A stretch of DNA of 51,514 nucleotides, counting the filler, from Basidiobolus ranarum (taxonomy: Eukaryota): assembly GCA_040143965.1 (NCBI GenBank). It is 2 parts of 2 records of this genome, joined end to end, with 100 filler letters (N's around TTAATTAATTAA, not from the genome) between each part and the next. Parts side by side here need not be neighbours in the genome. Positions count along the whole stretch, not along the records: positions 1 to 25,733 come from JASJQH010007015.1; 1 more part is not named here. One strand, 5' to 3'. Shown here in pieces: positions 1-12,805 of this stretch. Position 1 is the first letter of the stretch, and every line of letters begins with the position of its first letter. Both the position numbers and the translations under genes were made by a program. The notes beneath the pieces are model-generated. The model made no database searches and was not told the DNA's origin. It saw nothing but the letters and a program-made list of their open reading frames with translations.

Positions 1-962
1 TCCTCACTCGAATCCATGTATCCAGGGATTCTTTTGTGAACACAAATATCGGAATGTTCTGTCAATTACTCATTATTGGAATAATAAAATCAAAGAACAT
101 TTGATGAAATTTAGCTAATTATTACCTGAGCAAGTGCAAGCATTATTGAGGCTTATCATTGAGTTAGCAGAGTTGTTGTATATTAAATGAATTATTTATG
201 TTGTCAGTTTTTCGCTTTCCCGATGAATTGCCGCTATAATCCCGTTACTATTTGCTTTTAATGAATGTTGAATCTTATAAAGAGAATACTAACAATTGCA
301 GAGTACTTTCATTAACAGCTGCTACAATGAAGAGTTTTCCTGTTCTGCCTGTAGTATTCACAGTGCCTCTTTATCGACACTACCGAGTGGAATATTGCAA
401 TACTCTTGTGGCCAAAGGTTTTGGCCTGACACCGATAAGATTAACCTTCTCAATTACACCATAACTAGCCCCTCTTTCCTGTAGCCAAGCCCACTAAGAT
501 CGTCACTGTCGTATCATATCGACAAACCCGATCACCTTCAGATTCTAATTGATTTGTATACATAATGTGTACACCCACTTGTATGAAGCTTTAATATTTA
601 TCTAGAACAGCTTTTATAAGTACTAGCTTGCAATAAAAGCTTTAGGGTGAGTAATTTGGAGACCTAGAACAGTTCAAATGCTGAATTTACTCAAGAATTG
701 ACTTGAGACAAAGTATCATCTACTCGTGTATTGCTATCATGTGGGCTCAAGGTATTTGGCATTAAATTAGGGTCAATCCATTTTAAGAGTCAATTTTTTG
801 GATTGTGTATCTCTCGCATGTTATATTCTGCTCGCCAAAGGCTAACAATCGCGCTAATACTGACTATTTTCGAAAATCTTATCTCAACGCCACGATGATA
901 AACATCATATCTTTTGTATTCATGCGATCTCCAAGATGTTAAAAGATCATCACTTGTGTATT

Positions 963-1303
963 TTAATTGGGATTAATTCTTCTAAGTATGACATTATTCA
1001 CGCTTGAGGCATAAATATAATGTTTTGAATTATAAGCTCTGTATTTATCACAACCCTGATCTCCATTGCTTTTCTCACCCTTTCCAGCATCATGGACACT
1101 AGCTCCAAGACCATTACCTCCATTACCATCTCTGTTGCAGCTTCCACCCTTACCAGCATCACAAGTACCCGCTTCATTATCACCACCATTGCTAGCGCCG
1201 CTTTGAACGCCGTATATCTCATTGTCTCTTGTGCCTGACGCAGCCGCTTTAATAGCAGTAAGCCCAGAAAGTAGTCATAATAACTGTGGGCGGAAAATTT
1301 CAC
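963..1303 (-). pseudogene. Probable frameshifted relic of a small secreted Gly/Asn/Asp-rich protein
   Basis: A frame other than the listed 998..1303 ORF reads GLTAIKAAASGTRDNEIYGVQSGASNGGDNEAGTCDAGKGGSCNRDGNGGNGLG...RRINPN*. A signal-peptide-like start (GTG-KFSA / TVIMTTF / GLTAIKAA) is split over three frames and lacks an in-frame ATG. Confidence 0.35.
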
Positions 1304-2807
1304 TGTGAAGTGTTTCGATGTTGTCCATAATTCAAAGTTGCAATTTAAGCAAGATATTTTAGTAAAATTCTTTAGTGCACTGTAGATGCCTTTTAGAGTC
1401 GTATATCCTAAATATTTATTTACTCCTACTCCTGGGTGCGAATTTTATTCTTCCTATTTCAGTGATACTTACGTATGGGGTAGGATCCATATCGGAGCAA
1501 CTGCTTTCTTCCCACTCCACACTACTCTTGAATTGTGATTCTTGATTGTAAATGCACCAAGTTTAGTTGAGATCCTGGCTTTGCTGTATATTCGATTTGA
1601 CATATGCATACGTTGGCGCCAGTATCAAGGCTTTCTCGATACTGCAACGTATGAGTTTATTGTAAGCAGAGGTTTTTACAAAGCAAACGCATTCACGATA
1701 TTTTGGCCATTCTATTGACTGCTGCAAATTAGTATGTTATCAACAATAGTCTACTAAGGTATTGTAAGTTACATAAGTAAGGCGTTGCCATCACTTATCA
1801 CAGCTGATGGCCTTCGAAGATTGCCAAAATATACTTCTTAAGCTTCCACACTGTTTTTCGCAAGTGCTCAATGGCTGTAACGCATTCGAAAATTTGAATC
1901 TAGGGAATCCTCAATAGGTTTAACTACATGACATGGTTCAGATATTACTCAGAGATATTACAGATTTGTCTTACTAACACACACTAAAAATGCACAATGA
2001 AGCAACTATAAATGCTTTTTTGAGTACCATGTTATTGGTAACGTTATTTAGCCAGAACTTGGCCTAACTCTCGATCCGATCTCGTATAAGTACTAATTTG
2101 TACAAACGTGTTATCTCAGATGAAAATCGCAAACACTGGGTAACCCAGTATCGAAATCGACAGTATAACCAGGTGCATTTATTAACCACTAGGTAAATAT
2201 TACAACATACGTATAAGCACACATCATACCGAGCTATTAACTTCCCATGGCATAAAAGAGTAGAAGGAAGATTACGCATGCCAGATAAAAATAACTCCAC
2301 TACCAACTTTAAAAGAAACGAAAGTTTTAACATAGGGGGGAACCATTGAGGTTCTGGATGGTTTATGATAGTTGTAGTGGAGGTTTCAGGCATGCCTTTA
2401 GCGTTACAGGATAAGATTTATAGCAAATTGGGAATATGTGATAGTTATGGAAGGAGTATGTAAGAAATGGTCTTATTGTGCAACTGAAAGATATATATTA
2501 ATTGATCAGAAATCAAGAAATGAAACCTTTGGATGTATTATTACCAAAATCAATTTGCTTCTTTTATGAATTCTGGGTGTAGTAGAATAAACAATTCTAG
2601 AGTTCTTTTGTATTACATTAATAATCTAAGCTTAACTTTACTCGTTCTTACATAGCGCACATATGTATCAAATCATATGTTTCAATTTTGAGGGGAATGA
2701 TGTTTGACTACATAATGCCAGATAACTTGGATACGCTATATGAAATAATGGACAAACAAGGAGATAGATAGCAGGTATGCCAAGGATAATAAACTTTAAC
2801 ATATATG

Positions 2808-3096
2808 TGTTGAAATTTGCATAGCCTAAACATCTATATAGTCATATATCGCTTAGTATTCAGATATTTCTCTAAGATATCACTCACTATTCAATATCGG
2901 ATCTTAGCTGAAAGCTCTCAGGTATATAGATTTTTCAATGAAGCCCAAACTTTGCACACATGTTCCTGGGACCTTCCTTAGCACATCTTACACGTTTCTT
3001 TGCCTACTTTTGACAAAACTATAATTGTCAATTAATCAGTAAGTGAAAACTACTAATTCTTATAGTTCTCCCAACGACTTCCAAAATACTTTAATA
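2808..3096 (+). mobile_element. Solo-LTR-like repeat, copy A
   Basis: Starts TGTTGAAATTTGCATAGCCTAAACATCTATATAGTCATAT and ends ...AAATACTTTAATA (decayed TTTAACA). The 5-bp flanks ATATG / ATATC look like a TSD with one mismatch. Colinear with the other copies. Confidence 0.7.
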
Positions 3097-3582
3097 ATAT
3101 CTTGTATGCAACTTTGTTTCCTCTATCTTTCCATTCACCACTATCTATAACCGCGGAATTCAAATTCATGGCCAAATATATGTAGCAATAGGCTGATTCC
3201 TCTCATTTAGAATAAATTTGGTAAACAGATGGTGTGAAAGACTATTTGAATAGATATAAATATAACTTAATAGCTGAGGTTTTTGTGAGAATTGGGTGAG
3301 TCCAACTATCTGGTCCTGATTCAATCAACCATTCTACCCAATTTTGTTCACTACATTTTTTATATATGTTCAAGGGCATGTGTGATATAGAAAAGTGACT
3401 TATATGTATAGTATGAGAAGCATTAATCACTATAATATTCCATAAGCTCTTTGAGATATTATTCCCCTTGGTTGTATTAACTGTAAATATACACTATGAA
3501 ACAACACTGTATTAGATTTTCTATCTATTAGCTTTACTTTATAGTAGTATTGATTGGAAGATTTCAATCACATCCTTGAAAT

Positions 3583-3910
3583 TGTTAAAATATTTAGGAG
3601 CCTGTTGGAAGTGGTTTGAAGAATTAGAGAAAGTAGTGGTTTTCACTTGTTGATTTATTGAGTAGAAAGTTGACATTTATGATTTTGTCAAGATTTTAAC
3701 AAACCAACATGTAGACTGTGTTAAGGAAGGTCCCAGGAACATGTGCGCAAAGTTTGGGGCTTCTAGCACAAGTTATTAAATCTATATATCTGAGAACTTG
3801 CAAGTAAATTCCTTAAGAGAATAATGGATAATATCTTAGTGAAATATAAGATAACTAAGTACTAAGCTATATATGACTATATAGGTGTTTAGGCAATGCT
3901 AATTTCAACA
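3583..3910 (-). mobile_element. Solo-LTR-like repeat, copy B
   Basis: Reverse-complement copy with intact TGTTGAAAT...TTTAACA termini. Flanks GAAAT / GAATT (5-bp TSD, one mismatch). Confidence 0.75.
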
Positions 3911-6900
3911 GAATTATGTAGATCTCTCAAACAACATAAGTTCTTTCCAGTTACATACTTATTAATCCACTTTTTCTGAAATGGTTTGAAACTTGCTATG
4001 TCAGTAATAGAAATACTTTATGATATTTAACTATTGCATGTTTTTCACCTTGGCTAGTTGCATCTTTACTCAATTAACAGTAAGTTCAAAGTTGGAACAT
4101 GCATATAGGTAATATGTGAGTCATCCAGGAACTAGCAAAGTTAAGCTTAGACTTAATTTAGTGGCTCTAAAATTCCAAGAAGGCAGTTGATATTTTATTG
4201 CTCTGATGTGTGAACATAATCTTATGGCTAATTTTCAATAGTAGCTATAAGTCCTTAATTCAGTTTAATCATTAAATATCACCTGTTTTCAAAGTTTTTC
4301 AATGTCATATAAATGGCTACAGTAAACCTCAAGTAAGAAGCCAAGAATGGTATTGATTTGACAATGAATATAGAGATAGGTTCATGGCACTACTTTGAAT
4401 ACAATTCATTTGCTACTAGTAAAATAGCCTTTGCAGAACATATCAATATTCCAATATCTGGCCTTTGGAAAATCTAGGCAATCCCAATTTACAAATGTAA
4501 GTGACTTGTAAGATACAATGTTCAGTAAATATTTATCTTTATTCTAGCTTTAAAAGAACTTGGATGTCATAATATGTTGACCTAGTTTGTCACTTGAGCT
4601 TGCAAAATGCACCTATGCAGAGCTGTTCTGCTCTCTTGAGATGAGGAAATTAGTAGAAATACAGATATTTAGTAAATATATTATCTCATTGAAGCAACAG
4701 TAGTATGCAATTGCATAACAAGGCATATTGGAAGCACTAGAGTAAAGGCATTGATAAAAGCAAGTATAAATAAATAGTTAAGTAGGAATGTTGACTATTA
4801 GAATTTAACATCTAAATATTCATGAATTAGTTATGTGAAATTTTACTGAATATCTTATATATTCACAATATATGTTGCGAACCTACAAGCTTTTTATTGC
4901 AAAAACCGTGCCTAAATTGCCAATATTTCAAAGGCCTAGTTTGGAAACCTCACATTCTAACAGCTCATCTCTCTATGTTGCTGGGCTGAGATAACACCAT
5001 TTGACGAGCCCCTCCAGCCGATACAGTTATCTCGTACAGTGACTTGGCATTGTTTGTTTAAATCGCCGAATGGCGATTCAAGAAGCGAGGAATCCTCCGA
5101 TCCTGTGATTTCGTTCACACGGTCAAAACGAAAGCTCCAGGTGTTGTTGCGATAGGGGCCTATGGAAGAATATTGACCCTCCAGACGCGTGATCAGTTGA
5201 TTTAGGTAATTACACTTACATCTCAACACCAGCTACTGGGAATATCAATAGTGATGGCATCTGCGAAGTGATTTTCTCTGCTGTCACATCAGTTTACTAT
5301 TTCAAATTCGTTGATGATTCAGCTGCACCTTGAATCACGTCTCATTTGATGATTATCTCTTGCCGCCCTAGCACTCACACTTTTGGCATCCCTCCTTGAG
5401 TAACCGTTCAGAATAAGGGATATTTCTATGAAGCCGATGCCGATAGCCACCGGCATTCTAGAACATAATAGCTATTGTATGGATTTCATGTTGCCTCAAA
5501 CGGTGTTTGGTTCGGTAGAGAGTCAAGGCTCCCGCTGCCTCGAGGCTTCTCTGTTCCCAAGCCACTGATCCTCCGAAGCTCATTTATTTATCTTGCATGT
5601 CCTGTTACTATTGCGCGTTTACTCCCTATCTCCCCGGCCACAGTGTAGTTGTGTCGGTTTCAAGCCGTGTAGCAAATATTGTAGTCCCGTAAAATTCGCG
5701 GCCTGTGTACTCTGCAAGCATGCATGGCCTATACCGATATTCTCATTTTAATTTACTCAGATCATTCTAAATATGATACTGCAGTAACATAGGTTTGGCA
5801 TCTGTGGCAGCAAGAGATTCAGTGCCTTGGTGTATATATGAATGCATGAGATATAGCAAACTCAGTGATTGCCTTCTTTAGTGGGTAGATGGGAAGTTCT
5901 GAGTGCATGTGTTGGCCTGGGAACCGTGAACTCTAACTGCACAAGTCAACGTTCTTAATGAATACCAAGTCATTGTAATTAGCCTAAATTGGGAGTAAGG
6001 TGGCAGACGGCCAGTCGAAACCATGCGAGGGAAAATTAACTGTAATATCAATTTTGGGGATCGCACTGTCCAATAGTCTTGAGCTACCAGAAACAGAAAC
6101 AACCCTAGGCTGTACACCAGCGTTGCATTGGACACAAACTGGGCACACGAGTAAAACTAGATTTAGGCAGGGATTTCCGGACTACTCAGCATGGAACCAG
6201 GAAATTGATTTACTATTGGTACATTGGTTACTTTCCGCAAGGCTATTGGTGTTTACAGTATCCAAGTGTTGTAGGAATCGAAAGCCCCTATTGGGAGGGA
6301 ACCAATATTGGGATTTGGGCTGCACTTCCTCAAGGCTTAAGGGTACAGCCTTTGAGACCAGTACTAGAGTGTCGGCTTATTTTGAGAATAGTGAATGCCA
6401 ACCCCAAGCCTACTTCATATGAGGGGACTTTCTACCAACGGCAAAGTTCAATCCGACCTGCTTCTCGACTAACACTTGGATCTGCACTCAATGGGCTCGC
6501 ATGAAAAGATGTACAATGCGAGACTCATTGTTTCTGCATGGCCAAAGGCCTCTTACGCAACAATACAGGTGCTAACAATCCAAAGTTGATGACTAGTTGA
6601 CATGCCCTTATTCTAATCGCTCTATATCCTGCTTGAAGAATCCAATGCCATCACCACTCCTGGAAATGCCCTAACCAAGATCATCATGACATTAATTTCT
6701 ATCTTGTTATGGGCAGTCAGCATTGTACTTATGTTACACGACGAGTCTCACTATACTCCATTCAGAGTGTGTGCTGCGCTTCCAATCCTGACACAACGAT
6801 GACTAGGGAAGGATCCCTCTTACCCTAAAACATGATAACAAAGCTTCCAAAATGATGATACCATGCTGAGGTGGCGCATTCCTTTTCTCAAATTATGAGA

Positions 6901-7741
6901 TTCTCTCGAAACCATCGGATATGATCTCACAAGGGAACTCGATAATAAACCGATGAGAGTATGCTTGGCGAATAGTGGCCCTAATTCAACTTGAAGGCCC
7001 CTAAATTTAAAGAGCATTCGAGATGTACCTATGATCTTCTCAAGAGGGAGTTGTATCCTAATATGGGGAGAGCATTGGATCCATACAGTCATGGCTGTGT
7101 TGAAGGGCCAGTGACTATTTCCAAAAGACAGTGACATCCAAGATATGGTGGTAGTAGTTAGGTCAGAGGTGGATGCTAATTGGCTGTGAATGAAGGCTTA
7201 TTCTGATGCAGCCATCATCACTATTTGTTGGCCATCATAAAGGATAATAATACTAATTGTAATCGATTTTCTTGAACATGAGCGATCAAGTCTCTGGAGC
7301 ACCAATGGGACCCAATAGTCAAACTAGAGGTGGCAAAGCCCATATTTTTGTAACATCAACACTACATGATACGCGGCTAATGCAGTCACTGTTCATTGTC
7401 GTGGGTAAAAGTATTATCTAGTACGATCTCAATGTTCCGCACCATGATACATGTAAGGGGCAATAACGCGAAGGTAAAATATCGCGGCTTTGATGAAAGG
7501 CCACTCATCTCTGAAATCATGGCGAATCACTATGAATCCCATGATGTCATTGGATCGGAAATGATCCAGAAGAGCACTCTGATTATTGAGTAAATGATGA
7601 GGCTATGAGTACCACTCTCAAGCAAATCCGGTGAGGATTGATAAGGATTTATTTGGCTCCGATACCAGCTCTGTATCTGCTGACTGAAAAGTAACACAGA
7701 CCTATATGCTTATATGTGCATCTCCGGATTGGCACGAAGAG

Positions 7742-7749
7742 TATAAATA
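7742..7749 (+). promoter_or_regulatory. TATA box (TATAAATA) of the small orphan gene at 7815
   Basis: TATAAATA about 70 nt upstream of an ATG in CATC-ATG context. Confidence 0.5.
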
Positions 7750-7814
7750 TCCTGGAATCCCTCATCCTAAATCATCATAGCACCTTCGTACTCTCAACAA
7801 CTTGCACATACATC

Positions 7815-8171
7815 ATGTTTGAACCAACTCGAGAACACTTTCCAGCTCCATCTGAGCATACTTCATTTCTATTTACACCTAAATCACCCAAAGTAAAGTC
7901 ACAAGAAGTTCCCAGTTCTTTTGAGGCAATTATAGAGCGATTAAGCCAAAAAACATTTCAACTTAGCCGAATTCAGTCGATTCCATTATCCCCACCAGAG
8001 AGTGTATGCGATGATTCTGATTTTGAATTGGAATTCGAGGACGAGGAACGTGAACCTCCATTCGACCACAAGACCGACGCTCGTGTACGTGATTACCATA
8101 TTAAATTGCACAAGCGGTATAGCGGTATGATGTGCTATTTCCGCAAACAAAGTGCCACATACTGGAAATAG
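7815..8171 (+). CDS. Small orphan protein (118 aa) with S/P-rich and acidic segments
   Basis: True ATG at 7815 inside the listed 7716..8171 ORF, with an upstream TATA box. Protein-like composition: MFEPTREHFP...IPLSPPESVCDDSDFELEFEDEE...YHIKLHKRYSGMMCYF. Confidence 0.55.
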   Translation: MFEPTREHFPAPSEHTSFLFTPKSPKVKSQEVPSSFEAIIERLSQKTFQLSRIQSIPLSPPESVCDDSDFELEFEDEEREPPFDHKTDARVRDYHIKLHKRYSGMMCYFRKQSATYWK

Positions 8172-10451
8172 GTGACCATTAGGTAGCCTACTACACCTTA
8201 CGACGAGACTTATACAGTCCATTGTAATTTATCCGCCTCGCCTTACTTCGTCGTACTGTTTATAGCTTCCTAAGCTCCCCCCCCCCTCAAGCACTCTGTA
8301 CTTTAGACAATTATTTCTTGTAAACAATTTTCAACCTCCAAGGATAACTAGTTCATTCTACGAACTAAATCTTGGTCTCTTGAACTCGTCAAGCCGCTTG
8401 TGATTGTTTGGCTCAATTTGTCTAAAACATTTCTGAAGTTCCTTCGTTTCACCCGCAAAACTGCCCATATCCTGTGTTAAAACTCTCTGATTATTACCTC
8501 TCCACCATTTAACTTCATCACGACACCTACTAATTTCACTTATTATCCCTTCAACCGACACTATTGCTTGTATGTACACTTTTGCATCAGTACACCACCC
8601 TGTTTAAAACTATCGACCCTGTAAATAAAGCAGTACGTTTGAAGAGTAAACACCAACCCAGTTATGAAATAATATAACAGATGTGTAATTCCTTCAATTT
8701 TAATTTGGAATCTCAAGCCCCGTATCCGGGTACCAAACAATCGACATGATCGAATTAAGCTGTACAGCGAAATACATTTCAAACATATCTTCAGAAACCT
8801 TGAAAACGCTTAAAGTTAAATTATATCCCCTAATGTGCATGAAACGGTATTTTCGAGAATAGTGTTCGTGGCTCAGTGGAAAGTCAACCGATTGCTCTTT
8901 GAAACGACATCACTGTTACCTAAGTTTCAGCTTCACTTTGCCCCAACAAAATCTGGTCTGTTGAATAAGATTTGCTGAGGGAATCATAGGGGTTGAATAG
9001 AGGGATGATGCAGAAAGCGATTATTACGCGACAGTGACTGGCTGTGGTGAAAGGTAGCAAACCCCTGGTAATCCCTCACTAGTTGCTACCATGAATCGAA
9101 GTGATTGTAAGTTTACTTGGTCAGAAAGTTTACAGGGAGAACTCTCATAGGAGTGAAGCTACTAATAAGCCAATCAGTAGTAAGTAACATTAGTTTCTGG
9201 TTTGCAGCGCGAAGTCTCAACCATCAAGTTCACACATACTACCTAATTTGTTAAATTCCTTAACAATTTCATGATCGTATCTCGATTTTCCATTCACACG
9301 AAATCAAGAAGCTGTGGTATCTGGATATTATGATGAATGAGAAAGCAAAGTACCTGTTTCCACCGCAAAGATTAAGTGACAGTTCTTGTGTTTTACTCAC
9401 ACAGATGATACTTGGGCAAGGGCATTCGTTGAATCCAATTAATAAGGCTTGTTTCATAAATTTAGCCACCCAAAGCCTACTTCACTGATGCAAAAGAGAA
9501 TCCTACCCTAAGCACCATTCAATAACCTGTCTAGGAGCAACATTGGATATATAGAACCATTGAATATTTTTTGAATGGTCTGGATTGGATCGATGTAAAA
9601 CCAGGATATTATTACAATTTAATCGTTTTCCGAATGTAATAAGCATCTTACAAAGGGATTTGCATTGCTTGGCCTCCATCGCAGCTTAGAGATTCATCAA
9701 GTGTGATTAACTTTTTATCCAATCAACACTCTCAATCTGCATCATAAGATGCACGAGAATTTTTCCTCCATTTGTACTAATCAAAGTGTTGAGAATACCG
9801 GAATGCTCACTGACGTAAGAACAAGTCTTGTTAAATGATCGATAACTGAAATTCCCCTATTTACAATGCATGATTTTTCTACCGTATCAGATTCATCGGT
9901 GAAATGATCAGAATGACATTGCAATGGAGTAATTACAATAATAAAGGATGACTTAGTGACAGTGAATTGCGGTTCAAAACCACATAGGTAATTTCATCAA
10001 ATGATTGGATTTTATATTGCATCTGCATAGTTTGATCACTAGAATGCTTTGTGTTCCACAATAGAAAGTCTAACCGGTTGTTTGCTCCTATTCGAGAATA
10101 CATTTCAGATCCTTCTAAACAATTATTCATTTTTTATTATACAGAGCAATACAGTTAATGGGTATATTTGCATCTCCAATGATATCCAGAGTAAAAAATC
10201 GAATGCAATTCTTTTACGCAACCATATCTCAGGTATTAGAATTGAAGGTAGAGCTAGCCATGATATTACAATACAAAATGACAACATTTTTGAGAAAGGA
10301 TCAGTAAAATGCCATCATTGATATAGAAAGGAATAGCTTTATAAGCTATTTAGAGGCGACCAGTTCTGTATCTATCTATATTAATATATTAATGGATGAT
10401 TGTGGAGTTCGTAGAAGTAGAACTGGTTGAGCTGGTAGAGAAGCTTGCTGT

Positions 10452-10780
10452 TGTTGAGATTAACATAGCCTAAACATCTACATAGTCATATATAGCTTAG
10501 TACTTAGTTACTCCATATTGAACTAAGATATCACTCACTATTCGAAATCGGATTTTACTTGGAAGTTCTCAGATAAATAGATTTTTCAAACTTGTCCTAG
10601 AGGCTTGCAACTTTGCATACATGTTACTAGAACCTTCCTTAACACATCCTACACGTTTTTTGTTTACCACTTGACAAAACTATAAATGTCAACTTTCTAC
10701 TCAATAAATCAACAAGTGAAAAACCACCAATTTCTCTAATTCTCCAAACCACTTCCAACAGGTTCTCAAATACTTTAACA
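10452..10780 (+). mobile_element. Solo-LTR-like repeat, copy C (full length)
   Basis: TGTTGAGATTAACATAGCCTAAACATCTACATAGTCATAT...CAAATACTTTAACA, colinear with copies A and B. Confidence 0.75.
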
Positions 10781-11034
10781 GTATTTAGTTATCCTATACT
10801 TCACTAAGACATCACCCACTATTCTCAATTGGAATTTACTTAGAATATTGACACCAACTTAAAAGTTCTCAGAAATATAGAAGCCCCAAGGTTTACACAT
10901 TCTTCATGTTAGTTAGTTTACATCTTGACACAACTATAAATGTCAACTGAATACTCAATAAATCAATAAGTGAAAACCACCAATCTCTCTAGTTCTCCAA
11001 ACCACTTTCAACAGGCTCCCAAAATACTTCAACA
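10781..11034 (+). mobile_element. Solo-LTR-like repeat, copy D (5'-truncated, tandem to C)
   Basis: Begins about 50 nt into the consensus (GTATTTAGTTATCC...), has internal deletions, and ends AAATACTTCAACA. Confidence 0.7.
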
Positions 11035-12613
11035 CAACAGAGGTTATACCTATTAAGCAGTTTTAAGCCACAAGACCAGTGAAACCTATTTTCTCTCTAA
11101 TTCTGATAAGGTATTTCTCCTCTATTAGTCACTCTTGAAATGAAAGTCATTAGTACTTTCCAATGTGAAGTTGAAATTTGCATACCTTAAAGCTGTACAC
11201 ACATTCCTCATTTTGATAATGTTACTTGAAGCTTAATTATAAGGAGTTGCTTATCTAATGATTGTCCAGCTACTTGCATTTCAGCTGAACTTATATAGCT
11301 TGGTTAATTTAGAGAATGTATATATACAATATATTAGAGTTTATCATCAACCAATTTTAGAATTACGCGTGATAATTTAGTAACACAAGTCCGAGTATCA
11401 AACTTGAGCCACATGTATCTGTTGAATCATAAATTGAATCATAAATTCAAATAAATAGTAGTGGTTAACTCTTATTCACTCAGTAGAGGATTGAACAGTT
11501 TTGAGCTGTGAATCTTAAATTATGTCCGGAACAATGGATGCTTTGATTCAAGTTACAGATACATTGAGGAAAGATATGTATGAGAAACAAAAGCCATGTA
11601 TACTTATGGCTAATGGATAGTCAATTGTGTTGAACAGTTAGAATGACACAAGAGTTGTACCTGATTACAAACGAATGACTAAACGCACTTCTGTATTTTA
11701 ACTGCCATTTTCTGGGGTTCAAGGTGAATGTTAAGAGTTATAGTCAAATGCATCACCATCACATTTCCAAGAGCTACTTTCGCCTGTCAACTGCTCTCAA
11801 ATGGCACCCAAGTATATGCAATGAGTTAATATACCCGGGTTGAATACGTTAACAATAGCCAGCACCGAAATACATGCCGCACAGATTGTTTATCTCAATG
11901 TATGCGATTGGTCGAATGTACTACTATATACCACAGAAGGCATATGACGGTATGATGAAACAGCCTCAGGTATCACTATCGAATACATCCAGGTTTGCGA
12001 GATCTTTCTAACATAGTAGGATACATGCAGAAGCTCATTCACACTTTCAAATCGGTAATGGCTTGCTCTTCATAAGTTGTACCTAATACCAGCTCTTCGT
12101 CCTGTTAGAGGATCGCCCCATACCATGGATAAAATCTCATTTCGTAGGAGGACTTTTTGCATGCTGCGACAAAATCCGTAGCCATTCCAAAATCATTGTA
12201 TCAGGAATCATAGTTTCCAAAGCTAAACTGTGATTCATAAAACAGGTTGGAACGCCATGATATACTTGGAATCACTGGCCAATAGGATGCAGGAATCATA
12301 TCGTTAAGTACCGATTCAGAGTTGGATCTAATATTTCCGATCATGGAAGTATGTGCAGGGTAGGATATATTTGCATGCATATTCTATAATCTATCCCCGC
12401 AGGTGGCGGCTGAGGCGGAGTGTCACTAAAATGGAGCAAATCTGGGTCACCAGCATTTACATTGAAAATAAGCGCTCGCTTATGTCCTTGGAGTTGACCT
12501 CATCAACAAATCACAACATAGAACAAACAAGGAAATAATGATGTGTTGATGATTTCAATCGACTCCGGAAGTATAAATACCGAGAAGCGACCGTCCTCAA
12601 CCCCAACCTAATC

Positions 12614-12805
12614 ATGCCACGCCAGAACATCGCCACCGAACCAGAGACTTTCGAGCCCATCCTTTTCACCGTCGATCCAAGATTCGAGATTGATTGTCTC
12701 AATGATGGCTTTGGTGTGCACTTACGCGAACGCCGAGAGCAGATCACTGAACACGATCTACCAGACAACACTCCCGAGAATGTCGTGATGTGCCCTCATG
12801 CTTAG
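12614..12805 (+). CDS. Small orphan protein (63 aa)
   Basis: TATAAATA at 12572, ATG in AATC-ATG context, GC-richer codon usage than the flanks, AATAAA near 12871. Confidence 0.4.
   Translation: MPRQNIATEPETFEPILFTVDPRFEIDCLNDGFGVHLRERREQITEHDLPDNTPENVVMCPHA

Noticed and set aside
2808-3910. Single 1.1-kb MITE with ~300-bp TIRs
   Set aside because: Each arm has its own TGTT...AACA ends and its own 5-bp TSD-like flanks, and unpaired copies occur elsewhere
8868-8940. TGGCTCAGTGG resembles a tRNA A-box
   Set aside because: No GTTCRA B-box and no cloverleaf downstream
12038-12378. Minus-strand frame with few stops (…LNDMIPASYW…DFGMATDFVAACKKSSY…)
   Set aside because: May be a pseudogene, but I cannot assign a family or boundaries
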